A DNA stretch of 60,507 bases, filler included, from a bacterium (GCA_040757115.1; 3 parts of 3 records of this genome joined end to end with filler, not necessarily neighbours in it); one strand, 5' to 3'. Positions 40,575 through 50,614 are shown, counted from the whole stretch's first letter. Translations and numbers: made by a program. The notes: generated by a model not told the origin, from the letters alone.

Positions 40575-40698
40575 TTACAATGTGTTAATCTCATCCGAGC
40601 TCCTTATAATTTTATCCTTTGTTATAATACTTGCTGAATAAAACTTTGCACAAGCAACAATAATTCTATCATGGATTTCAGGGATAGTCTTTAATTTC
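40575..40698 (-). pseudogene. PIN toxin C-terminal fragment cut by a MITE at the contig end
   Basis: IPEIHDRIIVACAK...IITKD. Confidence 0.6.
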
Positions 40699-40820
40699 GT
40701 AACCGTTCAGGCTATATATCAAAAGTGTAAGAAAGGGGATAAGGAGATAAGAGTGATATGGAGATAAGATAATAGAAATAGATTGAAATTTATAGAAATA
40801 GGTAGAAATTGATTGTGGAA
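40699..40820. mobile_element. family A MITE truncated at contig end
   Basis: Matches the start of 10137 and 48244. Confidence 0.8.
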
Positions 40821-40920
40821 NNNNNNNNNNNNNNNNNNNNNNNNNNNNNNNNNNNNNNNNNNNNTTAATTAATTAANNNNNNNNNNNNNNNNNNNNNNNN
40901 NNNNNNNNNNNNNNNNNNNN
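40821..40920. other. artificial contig linker
   Basis: N-run with TTAATTAATTAA. Confidence 0.95.
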
Positions 40921-41112
40921 TAAAGAAGTAATCATAATTGGTCTCCTTTTTATGTTAACTTTAGTGGTATCAACCACTTAGATAAAGTATAGCATAGAAG
41001 GAGGCCAATGTCAATCATTTTTGTTAAAAAATCTACAGATTTTTTAATAGATTAACTACTGATATATCAAGGGGTTAACGCTATTCTGGTTAGCTCACTT
41101 GCCGATTGCAGG
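40921..41112 (-). mobile_element. probable IS left end interrupting the permease gene
   Basis: Terminus CCTGCAATCGGCAAGT; ATG with AGGAG RBS paired in a hairpin, running into the gap; permease frame stops abruptly here. Confidence 0.5.
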
Positions 41113-41742
41113 TATAAATCTACCATAAGTGTAGGTGAAGGAGGTCTAGCTTATTTACCTTTTACCACCTTTCAGAAAATATTCAAGACATTGTCACCCC
41201 AGATGATTTATGCTCAAGCAATAAACTCATCTTCTATAGAAGAGGCTTGTGCTCAAACTAAAAGGGTATTAATGTTTAGACATAAACAAAAAGGGGTAGA
41301 ATTTGTTGCCCATTCGTTGGTAGAAACACTTCAGGCTACTCAACGACTAATCAGATTAGCTACCTTAGTAATTGGCGGAATTGCGGCTATATCTTTGATA
41401 GTTGGAGGAATTGGAATAATGAACATAATGTTAGTTTCGGTTACAGAGAGGACTAAAGAGATAGGCATAAGATTAGCCATTGGAGCCAGAAAGAGGGATA
41501 TTTTATGTCAATTTTTAATTGAGGCAGTAGTATTAAGTGTAAGTGGTGGGGTAATTGGAATTATGGTAGGAATAATCATTGATTATTTCGTCGCACCATT
41601 ATTTAACGTGCCTATAATATTCCCACTCTGGGCAATAATAGTAGGTTTTATATTTGCGGTCATTATTGGAATACTATCAGGATTTTACCCGGCTAAAAAG
41701 GCAGCAAACCTTACTCCGATTGAGGCATTGAGATATGAGTAA
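41113..41742 (+). CDS. MacB/FtsX-type ABC permease, C-terminal part (5' end missing)
   Basis: VGGIGIMNIMLVSVTERTKEIGIRLAIGA, QFLIEA, YPAKKAA...EALRYE. Confidence 0.85.
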   Translation, partial: YKSTISVGEGGLAYLPFTTFQKIFKTLSPQMIYAQAINSSSIEEACAQTKRVLMFRHKQKGVEFVAHSLVETLQATQRLIRLATLVIGGIAAISLIVGGIGIMNIMLVSVTERTKEIGIRLAIGARKRDILCQFLIEAVVLSVSGGVIGIMVGIIIDYFVAPLFNVPIIFPLWAIIVGFIFAVIIGILSGFYPAKKAANLTPIEALRYE

Positions 41743-41785
41743 TCTGGAGACTGAATAACCAAAGAACTAAAGGATTGAAGAACAA

Positions 41786-42472
41786 ATGGATAAAGTAATC
41801 ATCAGTTTAGAAAACATATCAAAGATTTATAAATTAGGTAACAATGTCTATGTAGAGGCATTAAAGGATGTATCTGTAGAGATTAAAAAGGGTGAATTTG
41901 TGGCTATTATGGGTCCATCAGGTTCAGGTAAATCTACTCTCCTTAACATTATTGGTTGTCTGGATAGACCAACTCAAGGGGTTTACTTGTTAGAAGGAAC
42001 AAATGTGTCTAAACTTTCAGACAATCAACTTGCAGAGATAAGATTAAAGAAAATAGGTTTTGTCTTTCAAACATTCAATTTACTCAATAGATTTACTGCC
42101 TTACGAAATGTAGAATTACCTCTTATTTATACCGGTATTGACCGTAGAGATAGACAAAACCAGGCATTAAAATTATTAGAAAAAGTTGACCTGAAGATAA
42201 GGACAAATCATAAACCGACAGAATTATCAGGTGGAGAGGCACAACGAGTCGCAATTGCCAGGGCATTGGTTAATAACCCAGGGATTATATTAGCGGATGA
42301 ACCAACCGGGAATTTAGATACTAAAACCTCTACGGAAATTATGCAAATTTTTCAAAGACTTAACCAGGAAGGAATTACTATCCTTTTAATTACCCATAAT
42401 GAACTAATTGCTAATTTTGCTCATAGGAAAATATCTCTTTTAGATGGTGAGATAAGTAAAGGACAAGCGTAG
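41786..42472 (+). CDS. ABC transporter ATP-binding protein (LolD/MacB-like)
   Basis: [34 protein letters not shown]. Confidence 0.95.
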   Translation: MDKVIISLENISKIYKLGNNVYVEALKDVSVEIKKGEFVAIMGPSGSGKSTLLNIIGCLDRPTQGVYLLEGTNVSKLSDNQLAEIRLKKIGFVFQTFNLLNRFTALRNVELPLIYTGIDRRDRQNQALKLLEKVDLKIRTNHKPTELSGGEAQRVAIARALVNNPGIILADEPTGNLDTKTSTEIMQIFQRLNQEGITILLITHNELIANFAHRKISLLDGEISKGQA

Positions 42473-42603
42473 TAAGTAGAGAAGGTAAGTAATAGCGAGT
42501 CTTTTTGTGTTTTCTTAAACTGATAGGAATTTGATAATATGTAAAGATGGGCATCCTTTAATAGATTGACAGGTATGTTATACTGATATAACAAAATCTA
42601 AAA

Positions 42604-42900
42604 GGTAATGTCAAAAACTTTTACCTAAATTCCTTTTAACTCTCTATATTTTTAGACAGTTATGTAAATTGGGCTTGCCTCCCCCCATTTTTTGTGATAT
42701 AATGGGAAAAAATATATGTGTCTGGTTTCTCTCAAAACCACTAAAAGAGCAAGACAGCAGAATATTGTCTCTGGCATCATCGTTACAAAGAGAAAAACCT
42801 AATAAAAGTTTCCCAAAACATATACCTTAATCTGTCAAAAAGCAACTTTTATCCATTTCCGATTTTTTCATAATTCTTTCATGTTATTTTTGACACTACC
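42604..42900. mobile_element. MITE or IS remnant with GGTARTGTCAAAAA ends
   Basis: GGTAATGTCAAAAA...TTTTTGACACTACC; no clear target duplication. Confidence 0.5.
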
Positions 42901-42929
42901 TTATGTCAACAGCCTGTCAAGGTTTGACT

Positions 42930-44249
42930 CTAAGCCACTAAGCCATATTCTTTTATTTTCTTCTGTAGGGTTTTACGGTCTACTCCAATGGCTTTGGCGG
43001 CTTTTGTCCGATTACCGCCAACTTCCTGTAGGACTTTAATCAACAATTCCCGCTCAAGTTGTGCCTTTGCTTGATATACTGACTCTTTAAATGATAGATT
43101 CTTCTCTTTTGCCTTAATTATATTATTTGGAATATCCTCAATATCTATTTTATCACCTTTAGCCAACACTACCATTCTTTCAACTACATTCTCAAGTTCT
43201 CGAATATTTCCAAACCAATCATATGAAGTCAATAATTCTTGTGCCTCTTTTGTAATCCCAAGTATATTTTTATTAGTCCGAAGATTAAATATCTTTAAAA
43301 AATGCTCTAATAAAATAGGAATGTCATCCTTTCTTTCTCGCAAAGGAGGTAAAAATATTGGGACAACATTTAGTCGATAGAACAATTCTTCTCTATATTT
43401 TCCTTCTTTAACCGCCTTTTCTAAATCACGATTAGTAGCGGCAATAACCTTGACATCTACTTTGATAGTTTTAGTGCCTCCAACTCGTTCAAACTCCCTT
43501 TCTTGCAACACACGCAGTAACTTAATCTGCATAGGTATATCCATCTCTCCCACCTCATCTAAAAATATAGTTCCTGTATTAGCCAGTTCAAATCTACCCA
43601 GTCGTTGGTTTATTGCCCCTGTAAATGCACCCTTTTCATGTCCAAATAATTCACTCTCTAATAGATTTTCTGGTAATGCCACACAATTAACTGGTATAAA
43701 AGGTTTATCTTGCCGCAGACTTAATCGATGTATTGCCTTTGCCACTAACTCTTTACCTGTCCCGGTCTCGCCTCTAATCAGAACAGTAGTATCGGTTTTA
43801 GCTACCTGGTTAATTAATTCATGTATCTCTTTTATCTTTTGACTTTTGCCAATAATCTCGTCAAACTTTGCCTCTTTTTTTATTTCTTTATGTAGTTGAA
43901 GTGCCTTTGAAACAACTATGGTTATCTCATCTAATTCAAAAGGTTTGGTGATATAATCATAAGCCCCTTGTTTCATTGCCTCAATTGCTGTCTTAAGAGT
44001 TCCAAAGGCAGTAATCATAATCACAATTACATCCGGGGAGATTTTCTTAGCCCTTTTTAAAAGCTCTAATCCGTCCATCTGAGGCATCTTTAAATCAGTA
44101 ATTATTAATGAGAACTCCTGTATTGGTTTATTTAGTGCCTCTTGCCCATTCTTGGCAGTAGTTACTAAGTAACCTTCTTTAGTAAGAATAGTAACTAATG
44201 CATTGCGAATTTTTTCCTCATCCTCTACTACTAAAATCTTTTTCTTCAT
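42930..44249 (-). CDS. sigma-54-dependent response regulator (NtrC/AtoC family)
   Basis: REC domain; GETGTGKE, ESELFGHEKGAFTGA, GNIRELEN; HTH. Confidence 0.95.
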   Translation of the reverse strand: MKKKILVVEDEEKIRNALVTILTKEGYLVTTAKNGQEALNKPIQEFSLIITDLKMPQMDGLELLKRAKKISPDVIVIMITAFGTLKTAIEAMKQGAYDYITKPFELDEITIVVSKALQLHKEIKKEAKFDEIIGKSQKIKEIHELINQVAKTDTTVLIRGETGTGKELVAKAIHRLSLRQDKPFIPVNCVALPENLLESELFGHEKGAFTGAINQRLGRFELANTGTIFLDEVGEMDIPMQIKLLRVLQEREFERVGGTKTIKVDVKVIAATNRDLEKAVKEGKYREELFYRLNVVPIFLPPLRERKDDIPILLEHFLKIFNLRTNKNILGITKEAQELLTSYDWFGNIRELENVVERMVVLAKGDKIDIEDIPNNIIKAKEKNLSFKESVYQAKAQLERELLIKVLQEVGGNRTKAAKAIGVDRKTLQKKIKEYGLVA

Positions 44250-44315
44250 CCTGGATTATCCTTAAAAAATTAGTAATTATTCAGGTGTAAGCAAGGAAAA
44301 ATGGAAAAGTTGGAA

Positions 44316-44744
44316 GTAACTATTCACCACGAAGAGCACGAAGGACACGAAGATTGGACAGAACAAATCTCTTTATGCCTTCTTTCAATCTTTCCACATT
44401 GAAATTTATCAATAGATCAACCTTGATATTTGCCAATTTCATATATGGTAATGGGTCAGTGAAATGGGGGATTCTCCTGAAAGTAGGAAGTAGGAGAGTA
44501 GGAAAGTAGGAAAGGGGGAGACATTACCCCCAGAAGAGGAATACCGGGCACATCCTTTAGCCCTTTCCTACTTACCTACTACCTACTTGCCTACTATTTT
44601 CATTGCTCTGTCCTCCGCAGGTTAATGTTCATTCCCCCAAATAACTGACTTATTACCATATATGTCAATATTTGAGCTTCATGAATTCGATAATTCATCA
44701 AATTTCACTTCGTGCTCTCCGTGCCCTTCGTGGTGAATAGTTAC
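44316..44744. mobile_element. IS66-end-like MITE carrying a deleted GxxExxY gene, with nested MITE 44448-44656
   Basis: GTAACTATTCACCACGAAG...CTTCGTGGTGAATAGTTAC; VKFDELSN joined to HEAQILTYMKLANIKVDLLINFNVERLKEGIKRFVL; inner GTAATGGGTCAG...CTGACTTATTAC with CATATATG duplication. Confidence 0.85.
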
Positions 44745-44745
44745 A

Positions 44746-44877
44746 CTACCTTTAACAGTAATCGGTTTTCTTCATATCCTTTTACCACAAGATGGCTATC
44801 GTGAAATACTTTGATGGTCTCTTATTCACGAAATCAAACCCTAAATCTCCACTTTCATCAAGATATAAGTATAGCAT
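44746..44877 (-). pseudogene. DUF3800 N-terminal fragment
   Basis: MLYLYLDESGDLGFDF..., frameshifted and truncated by the MITE. Confidence 0.65.
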
Positions 44878-45114
44878 CTATACCTTCCTTACCTTTCTCT
44901 TTATAGGACGCAGATGACCGCAGATTGTCAGGATAAAGAGGATGATGTCAAGCAATTCAATTTCGGCTCTCTTATGAGCCTGTGCCTCTTTGACCTGAAC
45001 GAATCAATAAATTCAAGAACGCCTCCTTAAATCCCCCTTTATCTTCTCCTTTCCCTTCGCTTATCTCCCTTCCTTAAGAGTTGAATAATATGGCGATGGG
45101 ACGGTGGGATATAC

Positions 45115-45178
45115 TCTGTTCTTTGAGATAGTTTGCTGTTGTCTGTTGCACCAGTGTGTCTTCATTTAAAGAAGTCAT
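45115..45178 (-). pseudogene. type I restriction HsdR N-terminal stub
   Basis: MTSLNEDTLVQQTTANYLKEQ, ATGA-coupled to rhuM. Confidence 0.5.
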
Positions 45179-46221
45179 AGTTTTTCCCTTTTAGTTTCAA
45201 GTAATTTTTTAACCTCTCGGTCAAAGTCGGATTCAAAGAGCCGATCTTGAACAATCCTATATTTTTCGTATTCGCTTTCCGCTAAAGCAAGGGCTACTTC
45301 ATGGCTGATTTTACCGCTATCTTGTAAAATTTCCTTTTCATTGAATTGCAAGAAAGCATCCAGCTTTTCCACCCAATCTTTCATATACATAACAATGCCT
45401 TTTTGCGCCTGCATTTCAGCATAGTCCAGATACATCGTTACAATACGGTTAAGGCTGTCTAACTCCTTTTCGTTTAAATAATTTTTGGCTATGCCTACAT
45501 CCATTTTGCGGATTGCTCCTTTGGGGCTGTTTTTCCAGGAGGTTAACCCCATATTAGGCTTTTTGCTGTCAACTCTCTGGTAAATAATTTCCGCAGCAGT
45601 CTGGCCGCTTATCGCAAAGTGTAATTTATTCTGCACCGTGGCAAAAAACTGTTTGGTTATATCGGTATTGGGATCATAATCAGCGCTGCATTGAGCGTAA
45701 ATATCCGTGATCTTTTGATAGAACCTCCGCTCGCTGCTGCGGATATTTCTGATGCGTGCCAGTTGTTCTTCAAAATAATCCTGTCCAAAAATATTGTTTG
45801 GATTTTTCAACCGCTCATCATCCATAGCAAAGCCTTTAATGATGTATTCCTTGAGCACCTGCGTCGCCCATTTCCTAAAATGCGTTGCTCTTAGCGAATT
45901 GACCCGATAACCTATGGATATAATTGCGTCAAGGTTATAAAACTCTACTTTTCTTGATACTTGTCTTTGACCCTCTTTTTGAACTTGTGCAATTTTTACA
46001 CAAGTTGAATCTTTATTCAGTTCGCCTTCAGAAAAAATGTTTAGAAGATGTTTGGTAACCACACTTCTGTCCACATCAAAAAGCTCGGCAATCTTTGCCT
46101 GTGTGAGCCACACGGTTTCATCGCGTAAGAATATCTCCACCTTTACCTTACCGTTTGGCGCGGTGTAGAGCAAAAATTCCGTGAAGCTGTTTTGTGGAAC
46201 AATCTGCTTGTTTCTTCCCAT
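45175..46221 (-). CDS. RhuM-family protein
   Basis: WLTQAKIAELF, YNLDAIISIGYRVNS, IRSSERRFYQKITD, QNKLHFA, AKNYL. Confidence 0.9.
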   Translation of the reverse strand: MGRNKQIVPQNSFTEFLLYTAPNGKVKVEIFLRDETVWLTQAKIAELFDVDRSVVTKHLLNIFSEGELNKDSTCVKIAQVQKEGQRQVSRKVEFYNLDAIISIGYRVNSLRATHFRKWATQVLKEYIIKGFAMDDERLKNPNNIFGQDYFEEQLARIRNIRSSERRFYQKITDIYAQCSADYDPNTDITKQFFATVQNKLHFAISGQTAAEIIYQRVDSKKPNMGLTSWKNSPKGAIRKMDVGIAKNYLNEKELDSLNRIVTMYLDYAEMQAQKGIVMYMKDWVEKLDAFLQFNEKEILQDSGKISHEVALALAESEYEKYRIVQDRLFESDFDREVKKLLETKREKL

Positions 46222-46224
46222 TCT

Positions 46225-46370
46225 TTACACCTCGATTTCTCCACTCATCAGCCGCGGCAGGAGCAAATCGCGGGCTTGAGCGAGTTTTTGGTTTTGGTCA
46301 AACAAAGTCAGAATTTCATCGATCATGGGTTCAACAATTGCGCCGAATTTATCGATTGGGATAATTATCA
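46225..46370 (-). pseudogene. type I HsdS C-terminal fragment
   Basis: ...VEPMIDEILTLFDQNQKLAQARDLLLPRLMSGEIEV*. Confidence 0.75.
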
Positions 46371-46486
46371 CTATATTTGGCTCACGGTCATCTTGAACCT
46401 TTAAAATATGTTTGTAACCGTTCAGGGCTATACATTAGAAGTGTAAACAAGGAGAAATGGGGAAAAGGGAGAACTGGAGAAATGGC

Positions 46487-47052
46487 TCAAACTTTTTCTT
46501 GCTCCACCCTTCGGACATCAATCCTGGAATCTGCGAAATTTACCAGTAACCCTATTTCTTTATCCACTGCTCTAATGTATAATCTAACCTGATTATAATA
46601 CTTCCCACTTATCTCCTCAACAGTTTTAATCTCTACCACAATCTCATCTTCAACAAAAAGATCAAGTCTATGAATCCCAACCTCAACACCTTGATAGAAT
46701 ATCTTGACTTCTTTTTCTGATTCAAAGATGATGTTGTGTCTTGCAAACTCAACCTTCAAAGCATTGTGATAGATGCTCTCCAGAAAACCAGGTCCTAATG
46801 TCGTGTTGAACAAATAACGCACGGAATTCGATTCTGGTAACTGGTGATTGGTAACTGGTAATTAAATACCGTTGGGCTGAGCTCAGGACGAAACTATTTA
46901 ACCAATTACCAATTACCAGTTACCAATTATCCGTTTGCAGGTTACGAAACCTGATGATGCCCCGTGCAAAACTTACTCAACACGACACTAACTTTTTATG
47001 GACATTAATACAGGCATTAATAATCCTATCAGTTAACTCTTCTTTTCTCCAT
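46487..47052 (-). pseudogene. GxxExxY (PD-(D/E)XK-like) protein
   Basis: EELTDRIINACINVHKKL|GPGFLESIYHNAL...DLFVEDEIVVEIK...GLLVNF; +1 frameshift after the ATG and a 189-bp insertion. Confidence 0.85.
46799..46987. mobile_element. MITE with TGTCGTGTTGA ends and heptamer arms
   Basis: TIR TGTCGTGTTGA/TCAACACGACA; CTAA (or TA) duplicated; TAACTGG/CCAATTA arms. Confidence 0.8.
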
Positions 47053-47111
47053 TTCTCCATCTTCTCCCTTTCTCCTTATTTTTATCCTACCTGAACCCTT
47101 ACAAAAAATTG

Positions 47112-47326
47112 GTAACTATTCACCATTCACAATTTCTTCCCTAAATTTCCTTAATAATGGTGAATTGTGAATTGTCAATTGTGAATGGTGAATTATCACT
47201 CTTCACGGTGTTAAGCAAACCTGGTCCAAGAGTTCGATGCACCGCTATAGCGCATCCAATGACTCTATTCGATAATTCATCAAATTTCACTTCGTGCTCT
47301 CCGTGTCCTTCGTGGTGAATAATTAC
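47112..47326. mobile_element. IS66-end-like MITE with GxxExxY N-terminus
   Basis: GTAACTATTCACC...GGTGAATAATTAC; VKFDELSNRVIGCAIAVHRTLGPGLL. Confidence 0.75.
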
Positions 47327-47460
47327 CAAAAATTATAAATATCAATTTTGGAGTGCGAGAGTAGGAGAGATATTATCTACTTGCTCTATCTTTGGCAGAC
47401 CAAAGCCTTACTTCTGCGGTAACCCTCAAAGCGGTGGCAAGCCACAGCACTCCATAAACC

Positions 47461-48222
47461 TTAACCGCTTATAACTCTTGTCCCTTTGGATATTGGTAAT
47501 GTAAAATAAAATGTACTGCCTTTATTTAACTCACTCTCTACCCAAATCTTGCCTTTGTAGTGCATTACAATCTCTTTACATAAAGCTAATCCCAATCCTG
47601 CTCCTTGATATTCTGAGGGAAGAATATTATCCTCTACCTTTTTAAACTTCTCAAATATTACCTCAAAATTTTGTGTGGCAATCCCGATACCCGTATCTTT
47701 TACGCTAATTTGAATCGCTTCTTTAGGTTCTTTTAGTAGTACTGCTTTAATTTCTACTAATCCGCTATCTTTATTAAATTTAATCGCATTGTTTAACAAA
47801 TGGGTCATTAGTAGAGTAAGTTTTTCCTCATCTGCGATTAAAGCAGGTAATTTTTCTTCTAAATCGGTTTTTATCTCAATATTTCTTTCCCTGGCAAATG
47901 AATTAACTGCATCAATTGCAGATTTTACAATCTCCTCGATTATTAACTCCTTTTCCTCAAATTCCATTTTACCCGCTTCCATCATTGTCAAGTCCAACAG
48001 GTCATTAATCAATGCAGTTAACCTATCAATTTCACTATTGATTATATTCAAATATTCTACTCGTGTTTTAAGATTTCCATCAAGGTCAGATAATAATAAT
48101 TGAGTGAATGCCTTGATAGATGTTAAAGGTGTCCTTAACTCATGCGAAATAGTGGATAAAAAATCAGACTTTGCTAATAATAGTTCTTTGTTTTTATTAG
48201 TCAATGTATCTTCTGTTTGCAT
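47461..48222 (-). CDS. sensor-less histidine kinase (HisKA-HATPase)
   Basis: SHELRTPL, NAIKF, DTGIGI, GAGLGL; the longer ORF start at 48381 lies inside a MITE. Confidence 0.88.
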   Translation of the reverse strand: MQTEDTLTNKNKELLLAKSDFLSTISHELRTPLTSIKAFTQLLLSDLDGNLKTRVEYLNIINSEIDRLTALINDLLDLTMMEAGKMEFEEKELIIEEIVKSAIDAVNSFARERNIEIKTDLEEKLPALIADEEKLTLLMTHLLNNAIKFNKDSGLVEIKAVLLKEPKEAIQISVKDTGIGIATQNFEVIFEKFKKVEDNILPSEYQGAGLGLALCKEIVMHYKGKIWVESELNKGSTFYFTLPISKGTRVISG

Positions 48223-48243
48223 CTCTTCATTCCTTAATTTATT

Positions 48244-48480
48244 GTAACCGTTCAGGCTATATATCAAAAGTGTAAGAAAGGGGATAAGGAGATAAGGACG
48301 ATATGGAGATAAGATAATAGAAATAGATTGAAATTTATAGAAATAGGTAGAAATTGATTGTGGGAAACAACAAATTTCCATAAATTTCTATTAGTTTCTA
48401 CTAATTTCAATTTTTTTAATAATATCCCCTTATCTCCTTTATCTCCATATCTCCTTTTCTTACACCACCTGAACGCTTAC
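48244..48480. mobile_element. IS66-end-like MITE (family A, complete)
   Basis: GTAACCGTTCAGG...CCTGAACGCTTAC; 8-bp duplication AATTTATT. Confidence 0.88.
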
Positions 48481-48491
48481 AATTTATTTTA

Positions 48492-48595
48492 TAATCCTTC
48501 TTCACTTAACTTTATTTTATAATAGCATATTTTATTGGAATTGTAAAGAAAAATTAAAAAATTATTGACAATAACATAATTAATGGATATAATTT
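48492..48595. promoter_or_regulatory. bidirectional sigma70 promoter segment, copy 1 of a 104-bp direct repeat
   Basis: Plus strand TTGACA-17-TATAAT; minus strand TTTACA-17-TATTAT; repeated at 57030-57133. Confidence 0.8.
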
Positions 48596-48617
48596 TTAGT
48601 TAGAATAATAAAAAATA

Positions 48618-48706
48618 ATCACACAAAGAACACAAAGATGGAATATCAAGAATAGTCAATGGAGAAATAGAATAAATCTTTGTGTGCTTTGAGGCTTTGT
48701 GTGAGA
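48618..48706 (+). repeat. minimal GxxExxY relic between inverted arms
   Basis: CACACAAAGAACACAAAG - DGISRIVNGEIE* - CTTTGTGTGCTTTGAGGCTTTGTGTG. Confidence 0.55.
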
Positions 48707-48720
48707 AAATAAAAGAAAAA

Positions 48721-48782
48721 TTATAACCAATCGCTGCACTTGACCCTCGCTTCGCTCGGGCAGGTGAGCTTGGTTGTTATCT
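48721..48782 (+). mobile_element. integron attC site
   Basis: TTATAAC ... GCTGCACTTGACC / GGCAGGTGAGC ... GTTATCT with extrahelical bases. Confidence 0.8.
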
Positions 48783-48802
48783 GTCATGAGGATGTGAGAT
48801 AG

Positions 48803-49231
48803 ATGAAAAGTTTGAAGATAGCTCTCTGGATTTGTGGCATAGGGTGTTTGACTGCTATTCCATTTATGGTATTGCCATGGGCAATGATAGAAAATATCTA
48901 TCGGTGGTTTGGCTACGAACCAATTCCTGATGTCCCATCGGCAATGTACCTTTTTAGAATTGCTTGTGGGGTCTTTGGATTGATTGGTGTATATTTCATA
49001 ATCCTTGCTCGAAATCCTCTGCGGTATGGTCCAATGCTGATTTTGAGTGCATATGGTCTGATATTCTTTGGCTTGTTGTGCTTGATTGTTGGGCTGACTC
49101 TGGGAATGTCTCCTATGTTTTATATTGGAGATGTACTATTTACCTTAGTGCTTGGGATTATAATTGCTATCCTTTCTTCTAAGGCACAAAGGATTTCGGG
49201 AGTAGAGGAAGAAACGGGCACCAGCAGATAA
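48803..49231 (+). CDS. integron-cassette membrane protein (about 4 TM)
   Basis: Hydrophobic 142-aa ORF bounded by GTTATCTG and its complement CAGATAAC. Confidence 0.8.
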   Translation: MKSLKIALWICGIGCLTAIPFMVLPWAMIENIYRWFGYEPIPDVPSAMYLFRIACGVFGLIGVYFIILARNPLRYGPMLILSAYGLIFFGLLCLIVGLTLGMSPMFYIGDVLFTLVLGIIIAILSSKAQRISGVEEETGTSR

Positions 49232-49282
49232 CGAATTAAGAATTTGTGTGGAGCAACGCCGACACACAATTCTGGGTTGAAC
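49225..49282 (+). mobile_element. integron attC site
   Basis: CAGATAAC ... AGAATTTGTGTG / CACACAATTCT ... GTTGAAC. Confidence 0.65.
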
Positions 49283-49514
49283 TAACGCAATGGAGTATTA
49301 TTTGGAATTTGAATAAAAGGCTATTTTGTATTTGGCGGGTTTAGTTGTCTATTTTTGAGACTTCTATAGTCCGCTTTAATCCAGGTGTGAATGATTTTAA
49401 TCAGCATAAATGGCAAAATCCCCTTGAAAAATCTATAAACTAACCACAAGTCCCAAATTGTGAACGCTCTCTAACTAACGCATTACCACAATACTAAATT
49501 TTAAGTTGACAGAA

Positions 49515-50130
49515 TGTGTTGGTTTTGGCAGCGGTGAGGTGTGTAGAATTAAATCCAGTCAGGGCGAAGGTGGTAGAATCAGCGTGGGAATATAAGTGGT
49601 CAAGTGCTGGTGCCCATGTAAGAGGTAAAGACGATAAGTTAGTAAAGGCAGGAGTAACTATTCAGCCACTGATTAACACGGATTAGCACGGATAAATACA
49701 GAGGGCAGAAGGCAGAGGAGGGCAGAGCCGGGGTGTCCCCCGCTGGCGGGGGTTAGGGGGTGGAAATTTCCTCTACTGGCAGAGAATCAAGAAGGATAGA
49801 AGATAAAAGTCAGAAGGAGAAAAACCCTTCAGTCTTCAGCCTGATTACGGACACGGAAAACGGACACGATTCACGAATTTTCTGTGTTTCATCCGTGTTC
49901 ATCCGTGGCTGAACAATTACAGGCAGGAAGGCTATTAGAGGTAATAAGTGATTGGAGTGGATTTTTGGGGAATGGATTAAAAGAGGAGGAGATGGAAGTT
50001 ATGCGTAGTCACAGATGCACCGGCAGAGTGCTTGGTAGTGAGGAATTTATAAGACAGGTAGAGGTGGATATAGGACTGGTCTTATGTCCATTGAAACGGT
50101 GACCAAAGGGTCTATGGAAGAATAAATAAT
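49515..50130 (+). pseudogene. RAYT/Y1 transposase C-terminal remnant
   Basis: VELNPVRAKVVESAWEYKWSSAGAH...TGRVLGSEEFI; split by a MITE; followed by a TGTCCCCGAAATT repeat. Confidence 0.75.
49654..49920. mobile_element. IS66-end-like MITE (family B)
   Basis: GTAACTATTCAGCC...GGCTGAACAATTAC; 8-bp duplication AGGCAGGA. Confidence 0.88.
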
Positions 50131-50182
50131 TTAGTATTGTGTCCCCGAAATTCCCCAGAGGAACAAAGAGGAGGAACTTATT

Positions 50183-50614
50183 ATGCCTGAAAAAGAAATT
50201 CAAGCAACACCTGCACCACCAGATACTAAAACCTGGCTTGAATATTCATGGAAATTACAACAGGATATTCCCAACCGTTTTGAAGATGCCGCCAAATTCT
50301 TAGCCACTATTATCTCTCTTTCCTTAACCATTATTATTACCGCCATTGACAAACTCAAACTCATCCTCATCCATCCTATCTGGCTCTTTGTGGTGCTTGT
50401 ATTCTGGCTTAGCTCACTAATATTTGCTTTCTTGGTGCTATTTCCTGAAAAATATAGGTTCCATTCCCAATCTGTGGACAGTATTAAATCTGTCCAGGCA
50501 AAAATTGTCCAAACAAAGCAGCGCCGATTCATCATCTCTACGGTGCTCTATTTTATCCCGCTTGTGCTCCTGACATTTTTATATCTCATCTCTATTATGG
50601 AGGGTAAACCATGA
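50183..50614 (+). CDS. 3-TM membrane protein
   Basis: GGAGG RBS; three hydrophobic segments; ATGA-coupled to the next gene. Confidence 0.75.
   Translation: MPEKEIQATPAPPDTKTWLEYSWKLQQDIPNRFEDAAKFLATIISLSLTIIITAIDKLKLILIHPIWLFVVLVFWLSSLIFAFLVLFPEKYRFHSQSVDSIKSVQAKIVQTKQRRFIISTVLYFIPLVLLTFLYLISIMEGKP

Larger units (their letters stand above)
46414..47102. mobile_element. IS66-end-like element enclosing a full-length (disrupted) GxxExxY gene
   Basis: GTAACCGTTCAGG...CCTGAACCCTTAC with inverted GGAGAAA/TTTCTCC arms around the gene. Confidence 0.75.

Noticed and set aside
20362-40920. TTAATTAATTAA motifs in N-runs, and synteny across them
   Set aside because: Artificial six-frame-stop contig linkers; neighbours across the gaps are not biologically adjacent
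46487-46822. 111-aa ORF as an intact GxxExxY gene
   Set aside because: Its start (MRYLFNTT) comes from the nested MITE; the true N-terminus lies at 46988-47052 and is frameshifted
48223-48381. N-terminal extension or TM segment of the 306-aa kinase ORF
   Set aside because: Derived from the family A MITE; the likely start is ATG 48222
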